Origin: an uncultured Acidobacteriota bacterium
GTDB taxonomy: Bacteria; Acidobacteriota; Vicinamibacteria; Vicinamibacterales; UBA8438
DNA length: 64,000 bases
Assembly: GCA_913043225.1 (NCBI GenBank)
Contig: CAJWLU010000006.1
Span: forward strand, 32,001 to 96,000
Reading direction: 5' to 3'
Of this stretch, positions 29,958 through 39,989 are shown piece after piece; position 1 is the stretch's first letter; each line of letters starts with the position of its first letter. The translations under genes were made by a program, and so were the position numbers. Under the pieces are notes generated by a model that worked only from the letters and a program-made list of their open reading frames with translations, was not told where the DNA came from and searched no databases.

Positions 29958-30541
29958 TGGTCGAGGACACGCTCGCACCGTATGTCATCGAGGAGGCCCG
30001 GTCGAGCCGTTCGCGATGTCGGACTTGCCGGAAGAAGATCGAGAAGGGAAAGCTGCGCCTCGGTATTTTGCTGGAGGGCCCTTATGGCACCGGGTATCTC
30101 TGGCACCACCTGACCTGCGCGGCGAGACGAAGACTCGAGGACGTGGAGGCGGCCTACGCCCAGCCTGCGTTCGAGAAGGGCCTGAAGGTCCCGGCGCTTG
30201 AGAAGCTGCAGGCGCTACAGGAGAAGGCTGAGAAGGAGCGCGCCGACCGAAAGGAGTTGCCCTACGTTGAGAAGGCGCCTACCGGACGGTCGAAGTGCAA
30301 GCGTTGCGGTGCAGGTATCGAGCAGGACAGTTTCCGCGTGGTGCTCGCCCGTGAGGTGGCCTTCGGTAGCCAGGTCCGGAGTGGCCCCATTAACGTGCAT
30401 CCGAAATGTGTGGCCGAGGAACTCGACACCGAAGACTGTATGACCGAGGTAGAGGGCTTCGGCGAGGCGCTCCACGCGCACAGCGGCCTTGACGCCGCCA
30501 CGGTCGACGCGGCTCTGGCCGAGATAGGTTCCCTGGGCTAG
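29957..30541 (+). CDS. Stand-alone twin PARP-type zinc finger protein
   Basis: Two repeats: EEARSSRSRCRTC...WHHLTC and EKAPTGRSKCKRC...VHPKC (CxxC...HxxC). TGATG overlap with the upstream gene. Confidence 0.8.
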   Translation: MVEDTLAPYVIEEARSSRSRCRTCRKKIEKGKLRLGILLEGPYGTGYLWHHLTCAARRRLEDVEAAYAQPAFEKGLKVPALEKLQALQEKAEKERADRKELPYVEKAPTGRSKCKRCGAGIEQDSFRVVLAREVAFGSQVRSGPINVHPKCVAEELDTEDCMTEVEGFGEALHAHSGLDAATVDAALAEIGSLG

Positions 30542-30642
30542 ACGCTAGAATTTTAGGTGCCTTCGGCAAGGGATGGGTTTATCCGGCGGTAACCAAGAGT
30601 TGTCTCGATCGAGTGCCGACTAAGAAGCAAGGAGAGGATTCG

Positions 30643-31674
30643 ATGAGCAAGTGGCGCACGTCGACCAGTGTCGTGGTCTTTACGTTGGCAATCGTGGTCG
30701 CGGGTCCGGTTCTCGCGCAGGAGGCATGGACTCTGCCGCGCACGGCAGACGGCGATCCCGAGATCGGTGGGGTCTGGGACTTCCGTACGCTTACCCCGCT
30801 GCAGCGTCCTGGAGATGCGGCTGAGCAGCTGACTGATGAAGAGGCGGCGGCCATCGAGGAGCGTTCCCGCCAGGCGGCGATTGAGGCCGACCGGCCCAGC
30901 GAAATACGCACCGAACCACTGCCGGTCGGTGCGCCGGTGGGCGGCTATAACAACTTCTGGTTCGACCGTGGTGCGGGTGTCGTCGATGACAACCGTACGT
31001 CGCTTATCGTTTCCCCGGCCAGCGGGCGCGTGCCGGCTCTGCAGCCGGGCGTCGAAATGGTACGGCTCTCGCTAGGCGAGGACATTCCGGGCGGACAGCC
31101 GGTGCGCGTCCGTGCGGCCGGCATCGGGGCCTCTCACTGGAAAGACCGCGGCCTGGCTGAGCGGTGCTTGCTGGGCTTTAATTCAGGGCCTCCCATCGTG
31201 CCGGCCGGTTACAACCAGAACTTTCAGGTGTTTCAGACCAAGGACCACGTGGTCATTCTGCACGAGATGGTGCACGACTCGCGGATCGTGCCGCTCGACC
31301 GGAGGCCGCACCTGCCCGAGAGCATTCGGCAGTGGATGGGTGATTCCCGGGGCTACTGGGACGGCGATACGCTGGTGGTGGAGTCGAAGAATTTTACGGA
31401 CCAAACCTCGAGCTTCAGCCCGTCGGTGACCATGGCGGCCGGCGACGGTACCACGCTGAACCTGACTGAACGGTTTACGCGGGTGGCAGACGATACGCTG
31501 CTGTATGAGTTTACCGTCGACGACCCACAGACGTTTACTGAGCCGATCGTGGCCCAGATTCCTGTGAAACGCGGCGATATGATGTTCGAGTACGCGTGTC
31601 ACGAAGGCAATTATGGGCTGGATAACATCCTGCGCGGCGCCCGCGAAGCCGAGCTCGCGGCTGCCGGCCAGTAG
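30643..31674 (+). CDS. Secreted hypothetical protein, EYACHEGN family (paralog 3)
   Basis: RTADGDPEIGGVW, YNQNFQ, GDSRGYWDGDTLVV and EYACHEGNY. Confidence 0.85.
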   Translation: MSKWRTSTSVVVFTLAIVVAGPVLAQEAWTLPRTADGDPEIGGVWDFRTLTPLQRPGDAAEQLTDEEAAAIEERSRQAAIEADRPSEIRTEPLPVGAPVGGYNNFWFDRGAGVVDDNRTSLIVSPASGRVPALQPGVEMVRLSLGEDIPGGQPVRVRAAGIGASHWKDRGLAERCLLGFNSGPPIVPAGYNQNFQVFQTKDHVVILHEMVHDSRIVPLDRRPHLPESIRQWMGDSRGYWDGDTLVVESKNFTDQTSSFSPSVTMAAGDGTTLNLTERFTRVADDTLLYEFTVDDPQTFTEPIVAQIPVKRGDMMFEYACHEGNYGLDNILRGAREAELAAAGQ

Positions 31675-31744
31675 GGAACGATTCAGCAGCTTGGGTGCCG
31701 CCAGACCGCCTTGGGGCGCGGCGGCGGCCACGTCTTCAGAAACC

Positions 31745-32854
31745 ATGGCTGGTGTCACACGTCGGAGCTTTGTGGGGCGAATGGGCGCGGGGGCGGTTGG
31801 TGCCGCAGCCGCAGGCCTCTTGCCAATGGCGAGACAGGTGCGTGTGCGGGCGCAGCCGCGACAGAACTGGCTCGACCTGACTCCAGAGCCGGCGCTCGAG
31901 CCGGCTCTGCCTATCATCGACCCACATCACCATCTGTGGGACCGCCCCGGCAACCGGTACATGCTTGAGGAGTTACTCGAGGATACTGGAACGCACAACG
32001 TGCGTCAGACGGTGTTCGTGGAGTGTTCGTCGATGTATCGCGCTGACGGTCCGGAAGAGCTCCGGGTGGTGGGCGAGACCGAGTTCGTGCAGGGCGTCGC
32101 TGCTAAGAGCGCGAGCGGTCAGTATGGCAACTCGCGGATGTGTACGGGCATCGTCAGCTCGGCGGATCTCTTGCTGGGCGACCGTGTTGCGTCAGTCCTC
32201 GAGGCACATCAGGCGGCGAGCCCACAGCGGTTTCGGGGCATTCGACACCGTGCGGCGTGGGCCGAGCCGCCGGTGGTGGGTCGGCGCACACCCGGACCAG
32301 AGCACCTGCTGCTCGACAGCGAATTCCGGCGCGGCTACGCCCATCTTCGAACGCATGGCCTGACCTTCGAGGGCTGGCTCTACCACACCCACATCGCGGA
32401 CCTCGCCGATCTGGCTGGAACGTTCCCCGATACAACCATCATCCTCAACCATCTGGGTGGTCCGATCGGAATCGGTCCCTACGCTGGGCGTCAGGACGAG
32501 GTGTTCGACGTGTGGCGGTCAGCGTTGACCGAGCTTGCGAAGCACGAGAACGTGGTAGCGAAGGTGGGTGGCATCCAGATGGTAGTAAATGGCTACGGCT
32601 GGCACGAGCAGGAGCGGCCACCGTCGTCGGACGACTTGCTGGAGGCGAACCGGCGTTGGTACGAGCACACCATCGAAGCGTTTGGTCCGGGTCGCTGCAT
32701 GTTCGAGAGCAACTTTCCTGTCGACAAGCTGTCCTGTTCCTATGTGGTGCTCTGGAACCAGTTCAAGAAGCTGACTCGGGGCTACTCGAGCGATGAGCGG
32801 GCGGCGATGTTCCACGACACCGCTCAGCGCGTGTATCGCCTCACGCAGCTGTAA
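31745..32854 (+). CDS. Tat-exported amidohydrolase family protein (Amidohydro_2, lactonase-like)
   Basis: TRRSFV signal, IIDPHHHLW, ILNHLG and RCMFESNFPVD. Confidence 0.9.
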   Translation: MAGVTRRSFVGRMGAGAVGAAAAGLLPMARQVRVRAQPRQNWLDLTPEPALEPALPIIDPHHHLWDRPGNRYMLEELLEDTGTHNVRQTVFVECSSMYRADGPEELRVVGETEFVQGVAAKSASGQYGNSRMCTGIVSSADLLLGDRVASVLEAHQAASPQRFRGIRHRAAWAEPPVVGRRTPGPEHLLLDSEFRRGYAHLRTHGLTFEGWLYHTHIADLADLAGTFPDTTIILNHLGGPIGIGPYAGRQDEVFDVWRSALTELAKHENVVAKVGGIQMVVNGYGWHEQERPPSSDDLLEANRRWYEHTIEAFGPGRCMFESNFPVDKLSCSYVVLWNQFKKLTRGYSSDERAAMFHDTAQRVYRLTQL

Positions 32855-32863
32855 CCCTACCCG

Positions 32864-33895
32864 CTAGTCTGCGCTCAAGAACCGTTGCGCGGCAGCCGTC
32901 GCCAGCAGCCGTCGCCCCTGCTCGCGTCCCCGTTCGAACGTTCGCATCGTGACCTCTCGGTCGAAGCAGAGGAATCCCGCCTCGATCGGATGGTCCGGGT
33001 AAATCAGTAGTAGTCGGTTCTCTGCGATGTCCCTGGCCACGGCCGGTTCGTCGTTCAGGGAGCGGAGGCGCAGGCTGGTTTCCCACAGGTGGCCGGCAGG
33101 GTCACAACAGAAGACGACCGTGCGGTCGGTCGCGGCCCACGTTGCGACCTTGGTGAAGCGTGGCTGTTCGCCGAAGATGCCCATGGGCATCTTCAGAGAA
33201 AAGCCGCCGTCGACGAAGGTCGCGTCTTGATCAGCGGGGTAGAGGCCGGATGTGGTCAGGCGATCTGGAGGGATGGCTGGGCCCATCGCTAGCGGGACCA
33301 GGCACGAGGCCTCGATCGCGTCATGGTAATTCTCGCGAGTGAGCGGCCGGACGAATTCGGTGGCTAGGTCGTCGGGTAGATGACTGGCGAAGACGACGGG
33401 TTCGAGCAGGTAGCGGGGCTGGTACTTCAACCAGCGTGGCAGTTTCCGGGTGGTGGCCATCGCAAACAGGCGGGCCAGGTCGGTGGAGCCTGGGCGGCGT
33501 CCGTCAGGACGCCGGACTCGCGTGGTGAACACCAGCAGGCGCCGGCTGGCGTGTTTATCGAAGACTCGATTCACCTCGCCTGGTTCCATGACATAGCGGA
33601 TAGAGGCATGGAGGTGCCGTCGGAACGCACTCGACGGCCATAGCTGGGTGACGTCGGGGGGGAGGGGGTAGCGGGTGGGAATGTCGTCAGAGCCCCAGGC
33701 GGTCCAGCCCTTGAGCACCGTTGCTTCGGTGCCGGTGGCCACGTCGGCCGCAGCGTACCCGCCGGCCGAGGCGCCCATCATGACCGAGGGGTAGCCGCCG
33801 TGCTGACGCGCCCAAGCCATTAACTCGTACAGCACGCCGCCCTGCCAGGCCCCACGGCCAGCTCCCCCCGAGTCGAGAATCCATCCGCACGCCAT
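32864..33895 (-). CDS. Patatin-like phospholipase family protein
   Basis: GGAGRG oxyanion loop, GASAG nucleophile elbow and FVDGG. Confidence 0.8.
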   Translation of the reverse strand: MACGWILDSGGAGRGAWQGGVLYELMAWARQHGGYPSVMMGASAGGYAAADVATGTEATVLKGWTAWGSDDIPTRYPLPPDVTQLWPSSAFRRHLHASIRYVMEPGEVNRVFDKHASRRLLVFTTRVRRPDGRRPGSTDLARLFAMATTRKLPRWLKYQPRYLLEPVVFASHLPDDLATEFVRPLTRENYHDAIEASCLVPLAMGPAIPPDRLTTSGLYPADQDATFVDGGFSLKMPMGIFGEQPRFTKVATWAATDRTVVFCCDPAGHLWETSLRLRSLNDEPAVARDIAENRLLLIYPDHPIEAGFLCFDREVTMRTFERGREQGRRLLATAAAQRFLSAD

Positions 33896-34005
33896 ACTGA
33901 TCGTCCGCTCCGGTGGGGGAGCCTATCACCCGTGGGGTGGACCGGGTATCATGGCGCACGCCACGACGCGAACCGTGGCGGCAATTTCAGCACAGGAGAA
34001 GACAG

Positions 34006-34467
34006 ATGTACACCACTCGTACCATGCTCGCCACCGCACTTGTCGTGTTCGGACTGGCCGGCGCCGCCCAGGCTCAGGATATGCCGGCGTTCTGCGGCCC
34101 GTCGGGTCAGCTGCCGGACGATTTCTCGAAGAACGTGGCGGCGGATTCCCGCTGCTTCGAGATCCGGATGTATACGGCGAATGAAGCCGAGGGCGGCGAC
34201 ATCGACACGCTGCACCAGCGGTTCCGTGAAGGCGAAGTGGCGCTCTTCGAGAAGCACGGTGCCGAGATCGTCGCTGTCTGGCAGCGGATGGACGACCCAA
34301 ACACCATGGTCTGGATGCTGGCGTATCGGGACCGCGCCCATCGTGACGAGGTCTTCGAAGGGTTTCGCAACGATCCGGACTGGCCCCCGTTGCGCGCCAA
34401 GTATGCCGTACCCCTGAGTATCGAAGCGTTCATGCTGAGCGCCTCCGACTATTCGAATCTCAAGTAG
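34006..34467 (+). CDS. NIPSNAP family protein with signal peptide
   Basis: FEIRMYTA, LHQRFR, MVWMLAY and FRNDPDW. AGGAG RBS upstream. Confidence 0.8.
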   Translation: MYTTRTMLATALVVFGLAGAAQAQDMPAFCGPSGQLPDDFSKNVAADSRCFEIRMYTANEAEGGDIDTLHQRFREGEVALFEKHGAEIVAVWQRMDDPNTMVWMLAYRDRAHRDEVFEGFRNDPDWPPLRAKYAVPLSIEAFMLSASDYSNLK

Positions 34468-34798
34468 TCGGCTTCGGGGGGAGACTTCCTCCTGCAGAAG
34501 GCGAGTCGGTCATGGCTCAGAGTGCTGCTGGTGGCCGTCGTTTCGTGCGATGGGCCTGTGCCATCGACCGGTTCGCCCCCTGATTGACCGCTGGCCGAGG
34601 TGCGGCCTGACGTTGGCGTCCCGGCTCGCTCACTTCATGCCAGGCCGTCGACTGCGCGCGGGCACGCGCCTTCAAGCACGGCCTGGGGGTGCCTTGTCGG
34701 CGTCTTTCTCAAGGCGAATGCTTGCACGAGGGGGTGGCCCAGTCGCCGAGCTTGTTCGTGGTCTTCGCCATCTCCATGTTCTAGCCAGGAAATAGCGG

Positions 34799-36238
34799 TT
34801 GTCCAAGCAAGGCGGATATTGGCTGCTGGCTGGGATCGCCGTGATGGCGGTTGTGACCGCGCTGCCATCCCCCTCCCCACTTCTGCACGAAGCTGAGTTG
34901 GTGCCCCTGACGGTGGAGGGGAAGGCCACCCTGGCGGTGCTTGCCTTTGCGGTGGTGCTTTGGGTGACCGAGGCGCTGCCCTTTCCGGTGACGGCGCTGT
35001 CGGTTATGGTCCTGCTCCCGGCCCTTGGGGTGTCCACTTTCTCCACCGTGGTCAGTCAGGGGTTCGGCCATTCGATAATCGTCTTCCTTATCGGCATCTT
35101 GATCTTGGCGGCAGGGTTCGGGCATTCGGGTCTCGGCGCTCGGCTGGTCCTCGGTGTGCTCAGGGTGGTCGGCACCAGCACCGACAGGGTGCTTCTGGGG
35201 TTTCTGTCTGTCGGCGCGGTCCTGTCGATGTGGTTGAACGACCTGGCCGCAGCGGCGCTGCTCTTGCCGCTAGGGGTCGGACTGCTCGAGGATGCTGGGC
35301 TCCGTCGACAGGAGAGCAACTTCGGGCGGGCGCTCATGATCGGGTGCGCGTTCGGTCCTCTGATTGGCGGCGTGGCTACGCCGGCCGGCACTGGCGCCAA
35401 CCAGGTGACTATGGCGTATCTGCGTGACATGGCCGGTGTGGAGCTGTCGTTCCTGGACTGGATGACGTTCGGGTTGCCGGCCACCGTGTTGATGGTCCCG
35501 TGTGCTTGGAAACTGCTGCTCTGGGTGTTTCCGCCGGAGATTGCCCGCCTGCCGATTGAGGACAGCGCGCTAGTGCGTCGTCAGGAGGCGCTAGGAGGAT
35601 TCTCGCCGGTGGAGTGGAAGACGCTGGTTGTTTTCGCTATGACCATCCTGGTCTGGCTGACGACGCCCCTGCTAGCGGCCTGGACCGACGGGCGGATCAA
35701 CCCGTCGATGCACGCCGTAGCCCTGGCCGGGGGGCTGGCCATGTTTCTGCCTGGCGTGAGAGTGCTGACCTGGAAGATGGCACAGCAGGAGATTCAGTGG
35801 GGCGGCATTCTCCTGGTTGCGGCTGGCTTGGCGCTTGGCTTGACGGTGTTCGAGACCGGCGCCGCCCGGTGGGTCGGGCTGGGCTTGCTCGTACCGATAG
35901 CTCTGGTCCCTGCGCTGGCGCAGCCGTTCGTCGTCGTGGTCGTGGTCTCTGCGATGCACTTGCTGTTTGCCAGCAACACCGTAACGGCCACCGTGGTCCT
36001 GCCCATCCTGATTGCCCTGGCGGGTGACCTGGGTCTGACGCCGCTCGCCATCGCCATCCCGGCTGGGTTCGCCTCGTCGCTGGCGTTCATCCTGGTGACC
36101 GAGAGTCCGGCCAACGTCGTGCTGTACAGCGCTGGCTACTTTTCGATCCGTGACATGGCCCGGGCTGGTGTCTGGATGACCTTGGCCGCGGCCGTCTGTG
36201 TCACCGTCGCGGTCACCGTGGTGGGGATGTTTCTGTAG
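34799..36238 (+). CDS. DASS/SLC13 family sodium-coupled anion symporter
   Basis: Multi-TM protein with WVTEALPFPVTAL, IGGVATPAGTGAN, ASNT and SPANVVLY. Confidence 0.9.
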   Translation: MSKQGGYWLLAGIAVMAVVTALPSPSPLLHEAELVPLTVEGKATLAVLAFAVVLWVTEALPFPVTALSVMVLLPALGVSTFSTVVSQGFGHSIIVFLIGILILAAGFGHSGLGARLVLGVLRVVGTSTDRVLLGFLSVGAVLSMWLNDLAAAALLLPLGVGLLEDAGLRRQESNFGRALMIGCAFGPLIGGVATPAGTGANQVTMAYLRDMAGVELSFLDWMTFGLPATVLMVPCAWKLLLWVFPPEIARLPIEDSALVRRQEALGGFSPVEWKTLVVFAMTILVWLTTPLLAAWTDGRINPSMHAVALAGGLAMFLPGVRVLTWKMAQQEIQWGGILLVAAGLALGLTVFETGAARWVGLGLLVPIALVPALAQPFVVVVVVSAMHLLFASNTVTATVVLPILIALAGDLGLTPLAIAIPAGFASSLAFILVTESPANVVLYSAGYFSIRDMARAGVWMTLAAAVCVTVAVTVVGMFL

Positions 36239-36256
36239 AGCTACAATTCCCGCTTC

Positions 36257-36649
36257 ATGACCGACCCCAACCTGCAGATTGCGGTGCGCGCCCTGATGAC
36301 CGAGTTTGTCGGACTCTATAACGAGGGTGACACCGATGGAATTGCCGCAGTCTACACCGATGACGGCCACCGGTTCGATGCATTTGGCGGGCATGCGGAT
36401 GGCAGAGAAGCGGTCCGGGTGATGTATCGCGAGGAGATCAATCGGCGAGGGCCGGAGCCGAGGAATCCGCCTGGGCAAGAACTCGAGTTGGACATCAACA
36501 TTGTCCTGCCGCTGTCGTCGTCCCAGGCGCTTGTCGACGGGCTGATCCGGTTCCGCGGGCGCCATCGCCGGTTTACTGCGGTGGCTCGGCTCGATCCAGA
36601 TCGTTGGCGCTTGCAACTCGGTCGGGTTCATCCCCCGGCCGGTGGCTAA
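36257..36649 (+). CDS. SnoaL-like / DUF4440 (NTF2-fold) protein
   Basis: YNEGDTDGIAAVYTDDG and GREAVR. Confidence 0.7.
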   Translation: MTDPNLQIAVRALMTEFVGLYNEGDTDGIAAVYTDDGHRFDAFGGHADGREAVRVMYREEINRRGPEPRNPPGQELELDINIVLPLSSSQALVDGLIRFRGRHRRFTAVARLDPDRWRLQLGRVHPPAGG

Positions 36650-36658
36650 TGAGGGTGT

Positions 36659-36833
36659 TCACTGACCGTCCGGACCGCGGATCTTCTCGCTCGGCAGCTC
36701 GAACAACCACGAGATCCTGAAGGCGAGCGGTAGGTCGGGTCGTGCCTCTGGGTCTCGATTGCGTTCACGGTCTGGCGAAATACTCCCAGCCGTTCGGCTA
36801 ACGCTGTCTTCGACCAGTCGCGCTCGCCCGAAG
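36659..36833 (-). pseudogene. Degenerate XRE-family HTH transcriptional regulator
   Basis: Minus strand reads LR/ERDWSKTALAERLGVFRQTVNAIETQRHDP/LPLAFRISWLFELPSEKI across two frameshifts. No start codon. Confidence 0.8.
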
Positions 36834-36893
36834 CCCCTCCCCTCCGCGCTTTACGAGCGACCGCTTCGACAAGGGAAAGCGCAGAGCGCTCCG

Positions 36894-38642
36894 TCAGGGC
36901 AGTCGAAAGACGAAGAGCGTGTTACCGCGCGGTGGCTGCCTTATCTCGGGCGTTAGGCCACGGTGATTGACCCCGCCGCCGGTGGCGATGGCGACAAATT
37001 GGGCCCCGTCGTGCTCGTAGGAGACGGGGAAGCCGCCAGCGCTGGAATTCAGGATCTGCTCCCAGAGCACGTCGCCGGTCGAGACATCGAAGGCGCGGAA
37101 CCGGCGCGCGTCATCGGTCACGAATACGAGCCCGCCTCCGGTGCTCAAGACGGAACCCCCGATGCCGGCGCGCTGGCGATGCACCCACCTGGGCTCGCCG
37201 GTCGCCAGATCCATCGCGGTGAACATGCCGACCTGTCCATTGGCCTCGGGCGCGATGGAGCGGTTGACGCGCGCAGATCCGTGGTGTCGTCCTGGTCGGT
37301 TGCGGAACTCGTTCAGCGTGAGGTCCATGCACACGTCATTGGTCGGGGCGAAGAGCGTGTTGCTGGCGGGGTTGTACGCGGTGGCCTGCCAGTTGATGCC
37401 GCCGATGAGGCTGGGACAGACAAAGACGGGCTCGCCCACCTGAGGGAACTTGAGCGCCTGGTTAAGGAGAACCCGCCGGCTCTCCGCGTCGATGTCCTCG
37501 ACGACGTTCTGAGTATTGGTTGGCTGCGCCCAGAGAAACGCGCCGGTCGCGGCGTCGAGCGCCCACACGATGCCGGTCTTGCCAGGAATCCCAGTGACGA
37601 TCTTTCGACGATTCCCCGAGGTGATGCCGTTATTTCGCCACTCAACGTCGCCCGGTGAGACCTCGGTTTCGACCACGAGCCGGGCGAACGGATGGTCGAG
37701 GTCCCACTCGTCGTTCGGTATGTGCTGGAAGTACCAGGCAATCTCGCCCGTGTCGGCGTTTAGCGCCAGCGTCGAGTTGGTGTACAGCACGTCGCCGTCG
37801 CCGGTGCCGCGCTGCACCGAACCCCAAGGGATGGGGACGCCCACCCCGGTGTAGATCAGGTTCAGTTCTGGGTCGTAGCTCGGTGAGTTCCAGGGCGATC
37901 CGCCGCGGCGGTCCTCCTCGGGCACGTCGCCCCAGGTGTCGTAACCGAACTCGCCAGGGCCTGGAATGGTGTAGGTGCGCCAGTGTTCCTCGCCGGTGTC
38001 CGCGTTATGGGCGGAGACCCAGCAGCGGGTGTTGAGGTGATAGCAGCCGGACATGCCGATGACCACCTGTCCCTTGATCACCATTGGTCCGCCGGAATAG
38101 TGCTGGCCGATCGTCCAGTCGCCGACTTGGACTTCCCATTCGACCTCGCCGCTCCGGGCGTTGAGCGCGAGTAGATGTGCGTCGTGGGTGCCGAGGAAGA
38201 TCTTGTCGTCGTACAGCGCGCCGCTCCGGTTGGCGCAGGCCAGATTGGCCGGATGTTCGACTCGCTCCCGTCGGTATTCCCAGATGCGCGTGCCGTCGCG
38301 TAGGTCCAGCGCCTCGACGTAGTCGCAGGCTTGTACCAGAAACATCATCCCGTCGTGCACGAGGGGGGTGGTCTCTTGCAGCCCTTCGGCCATGGTCCAG
38401 GCCCACGCCAGCCGCAACGTGCCTACGTTCGAGGTGTTGATCTGAGTGAGCGGGCTGTGCCCCCAGTGGCCGTAGCTGCGGCGCCACATCAGCCAATCGC
38501 TGTCAGGCGGGTCGACCAGTTCCGCGTCGCTCACCGGCGTGTAGGCGAGGGCGATTGGCGATAACTCCTCGGTTTGGGCTACGCCCGGGGTAGCGGTGGC
38601 CCCGACGAGCAGAACGCTGGTGACGAGAACTGCTGTTCGCAT
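36894..38642 (-). CDS. PQQ-dependent dehydrogenase-like beta-propeller protein
   Basis: DWLMWRRS, HSPLTQI, ETTPLVHDG and DEWDLDHPF. Same subfamily as 1..1553 and 9978. Confidence 0.9.
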   Translation of the reverse strand: MRTAVLVTSVLLVGATATPGVAQTEELSPIALAYTPVSDAELVDPPDSDWLMWRRSYGHWGHSPLTQINTSNVGTLRLAWAWTMAEGLQETTPLVHDGMMFLVQACDYVEALDLRDGTRIWEYRRERVEHPANLACANRSGALYDDKIFLGTHDAHLLALNARSGEVEWEVQVGDWTIGQHYSGGPMVIKGQVVIGMSGCYHLNTRCWVSAHNADTGEEHWRTYTIPGPGEFGYDTWGDVPEEDRRGGSPWNSPSYDPELNLIYTGVGVPIPWGSVQRGTGDGDVLYTNSTLALNADTGEIAWYFQHIPNDEWDLDHPFARLVVETEVSPGDVEWRNNGITSGNRRKIVTGIPGKTGIVWALDAATGAFLWAQPTNTQNVVEDIDAESRRVLLNQALKFPQVGEPVFVCPSLIGGINWQATAYNPASNTLFAPTNDVCMDLTLNEFRNRPGRHHGSARVNRSIAPEANGQVGMFTAMDLATGEPRWVHRQRAGIGGSVLSTGGGLVFVTDDARRFRAFDVSTGDVLWEQILNSSAGGFPVSYEHDGAQFVAIATGGGVNHRGLTPEIRQPPRGNTLFVFRLP

Positions 38643-38773
38643 GGCATGAGGATACACCGGGTGGCGGCGACGGGAAGTGCTATCAGCGGCCGCTGTTGTC
38701 TCGGCGTGCGTACCGTGTCGGGCAGTCGGACGACCAGCTCGAGCTATTCCGCAAACGAGGCGCCGTGGGGACG

Positions 38774-39124
38774 CTAAACCCACTCAGGCGGAGGCGTGAT
38801 CTCCTCGGACGGCGGCCGGCCAGCGGCTGGTCGACCCGAGCCTTCGAGTCGGCTGATCGCGCGGACGCTCATGTCCTGGTCGCACTGAATCTGACACGAC
38901 AGACGCACCCCGCTGATATTCCGCTCTTCGAACACCGCTTTTTCGGCCGTGGTCATCTTGCTGGGTTCGCCGTCGATGAATTCCACGCGACAGGTGGTGC
39001 ACCGGGAGTTGCCGCCGCAGGCGTGCAGCACGTCCACTTCTGCATCCTGCTTCAGCGCCAGGACGAGACGCTTGCCATCGGCTACGTTGACCGTGCCGTA
39101 TCCTTCCACCGTGAGCTTGGGCAT
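38774..39124 (-). CDS. 2Fe-2S ferredoxin
   Basis: HACGGNSRCTTCRV and RLSCQI. Confidence 0.9.
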   Translation of the reverse strand: MPKLTVEGYGTVNVADGKRLVLALKQDAEVDVLHACGGNSRCTTCRVEFIDGEPSKMTTAEKAVFEERNISGVRLSCQIQCDQDMSVRAISRLEGSGRPAAGRPPSEEITPPPEWV

Positions 39125-39158
39125 CGGATTATTCTACGTCTCGGTCTGGAGGGAGCTG

Positions 39159-39911
39159 ATGCGGAAACTTGAGCTGATACTGGCAGGCCTCGTTCTCTTC
39201 CTGGTGGCGGGCTGCGCCGCAAGCCAGGTGGTGGAATGGGAGGTCGATGGAATTCAGCGTGAGGGTATTGTCTATGCACCCAAGGCTGCGACGGAACAGC
39301 CGACACCGCTCGTGCTGGCGTTTCACGGTTTCGGGGACATGGCCCTGAACTTCCAGCGTACCGATATCCACGAGGCATGGCCGGAGGCGATCGTTGTCTA
39401 CTTCCAGGGGCTGACCACGCGCCGAGGCATGCCTGGGTGGCAGTCATCGGCGAGTGCCGAGAATCGCGACCTGAGAATGGTCGATATCGCCGTGGCGGCA
39501 CTAAGGGAGACCTACCAGATCGACGACGCGCGGATTTACGCCACCGGGTTCTCGAATGGTGGCATGTTCACGTACCTGCTGTGGGCGGAACGACCGGATC
39601 TGTTCGCCGCGTTCGCGCCGATTGCCGCCCGGTTGCGGCCAGGAGTCGAGCCCGCTGTTCCGAAACCCCTCTTCCACGCTGCCGGGGAGGGCGACCGCGT
39701 AGTCGACTATCGGGCTCAGCTCGCGGCCATCGAGACGGCCATCGAGGTTAATGGTGTGGGGGATCAATCCCGGTCGTGCGGCCAGGGCTGCACGCTCTAC
39801 GGTTCGCAGTCCGGGGCTCCCGTTATGGCCTGGGTCTATCCGGCGGCGCACGTCTGGCCCACGAGCACGAGCGAACGTATCGCGGACTTCTTTAGAGGAC
39901 ACGCCAAGTAA
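39159..39911 (+). CDS. Esterase/PHB depolymerase-like alpha/beta hydrolase (lipoprotein)
   Basis: Lipobox VAGC, PLVLAFHG, RIYATGFSNGG and AHVWP. Confidence 0.85.
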   Translation: MRKLELILAGLVLFLVAGCAASQVVEWEVDGIQREGIVYAPKAATEQPTPLVLAFHGFGDMALNFQRTDIHEAWPEAIVVYFQGLTTRRGMPGWQSSASAENRDLRMVDIAVAALRETYQIDDARIYATGFSNGGMFTYLLWAERPDLFAAFAPIAARLRPGVEPAVPKPLFHAAGEGDRVVDYRAQLAAIETAIEVNGVGDQSRSCGQGCTLYGSQSGAPVMAWVYPAAHVWPTSTSERIADFFRGHAK

Positions 39912-39932
39912 AAGCGCGCGCCCGTACATAGG

Positions 39933-39963
39933 TTGGGGGGCCTTCTGCGGGAAGGCCCCCCAA
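39933..39963. terminator. Probable bidirectional intrinsic terminator between convergent genes
   Basis: TTGGGGGGCCTTC-tgcgg-GAAGGCCCCCCAA, a perfect 13-bp inverted repeat. Confidence 0.75.
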
Positions 39964-39989
39964 AGAACAACCGCCGCCCGTCGGAAAGG

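Noticed and set aside
34500..34790. Possible decayed membrane-protein fragment upstream of the DASS transporter
   Set aside because: Hydrophobic pieces lie in several frames and no family could be recognised with confidence.
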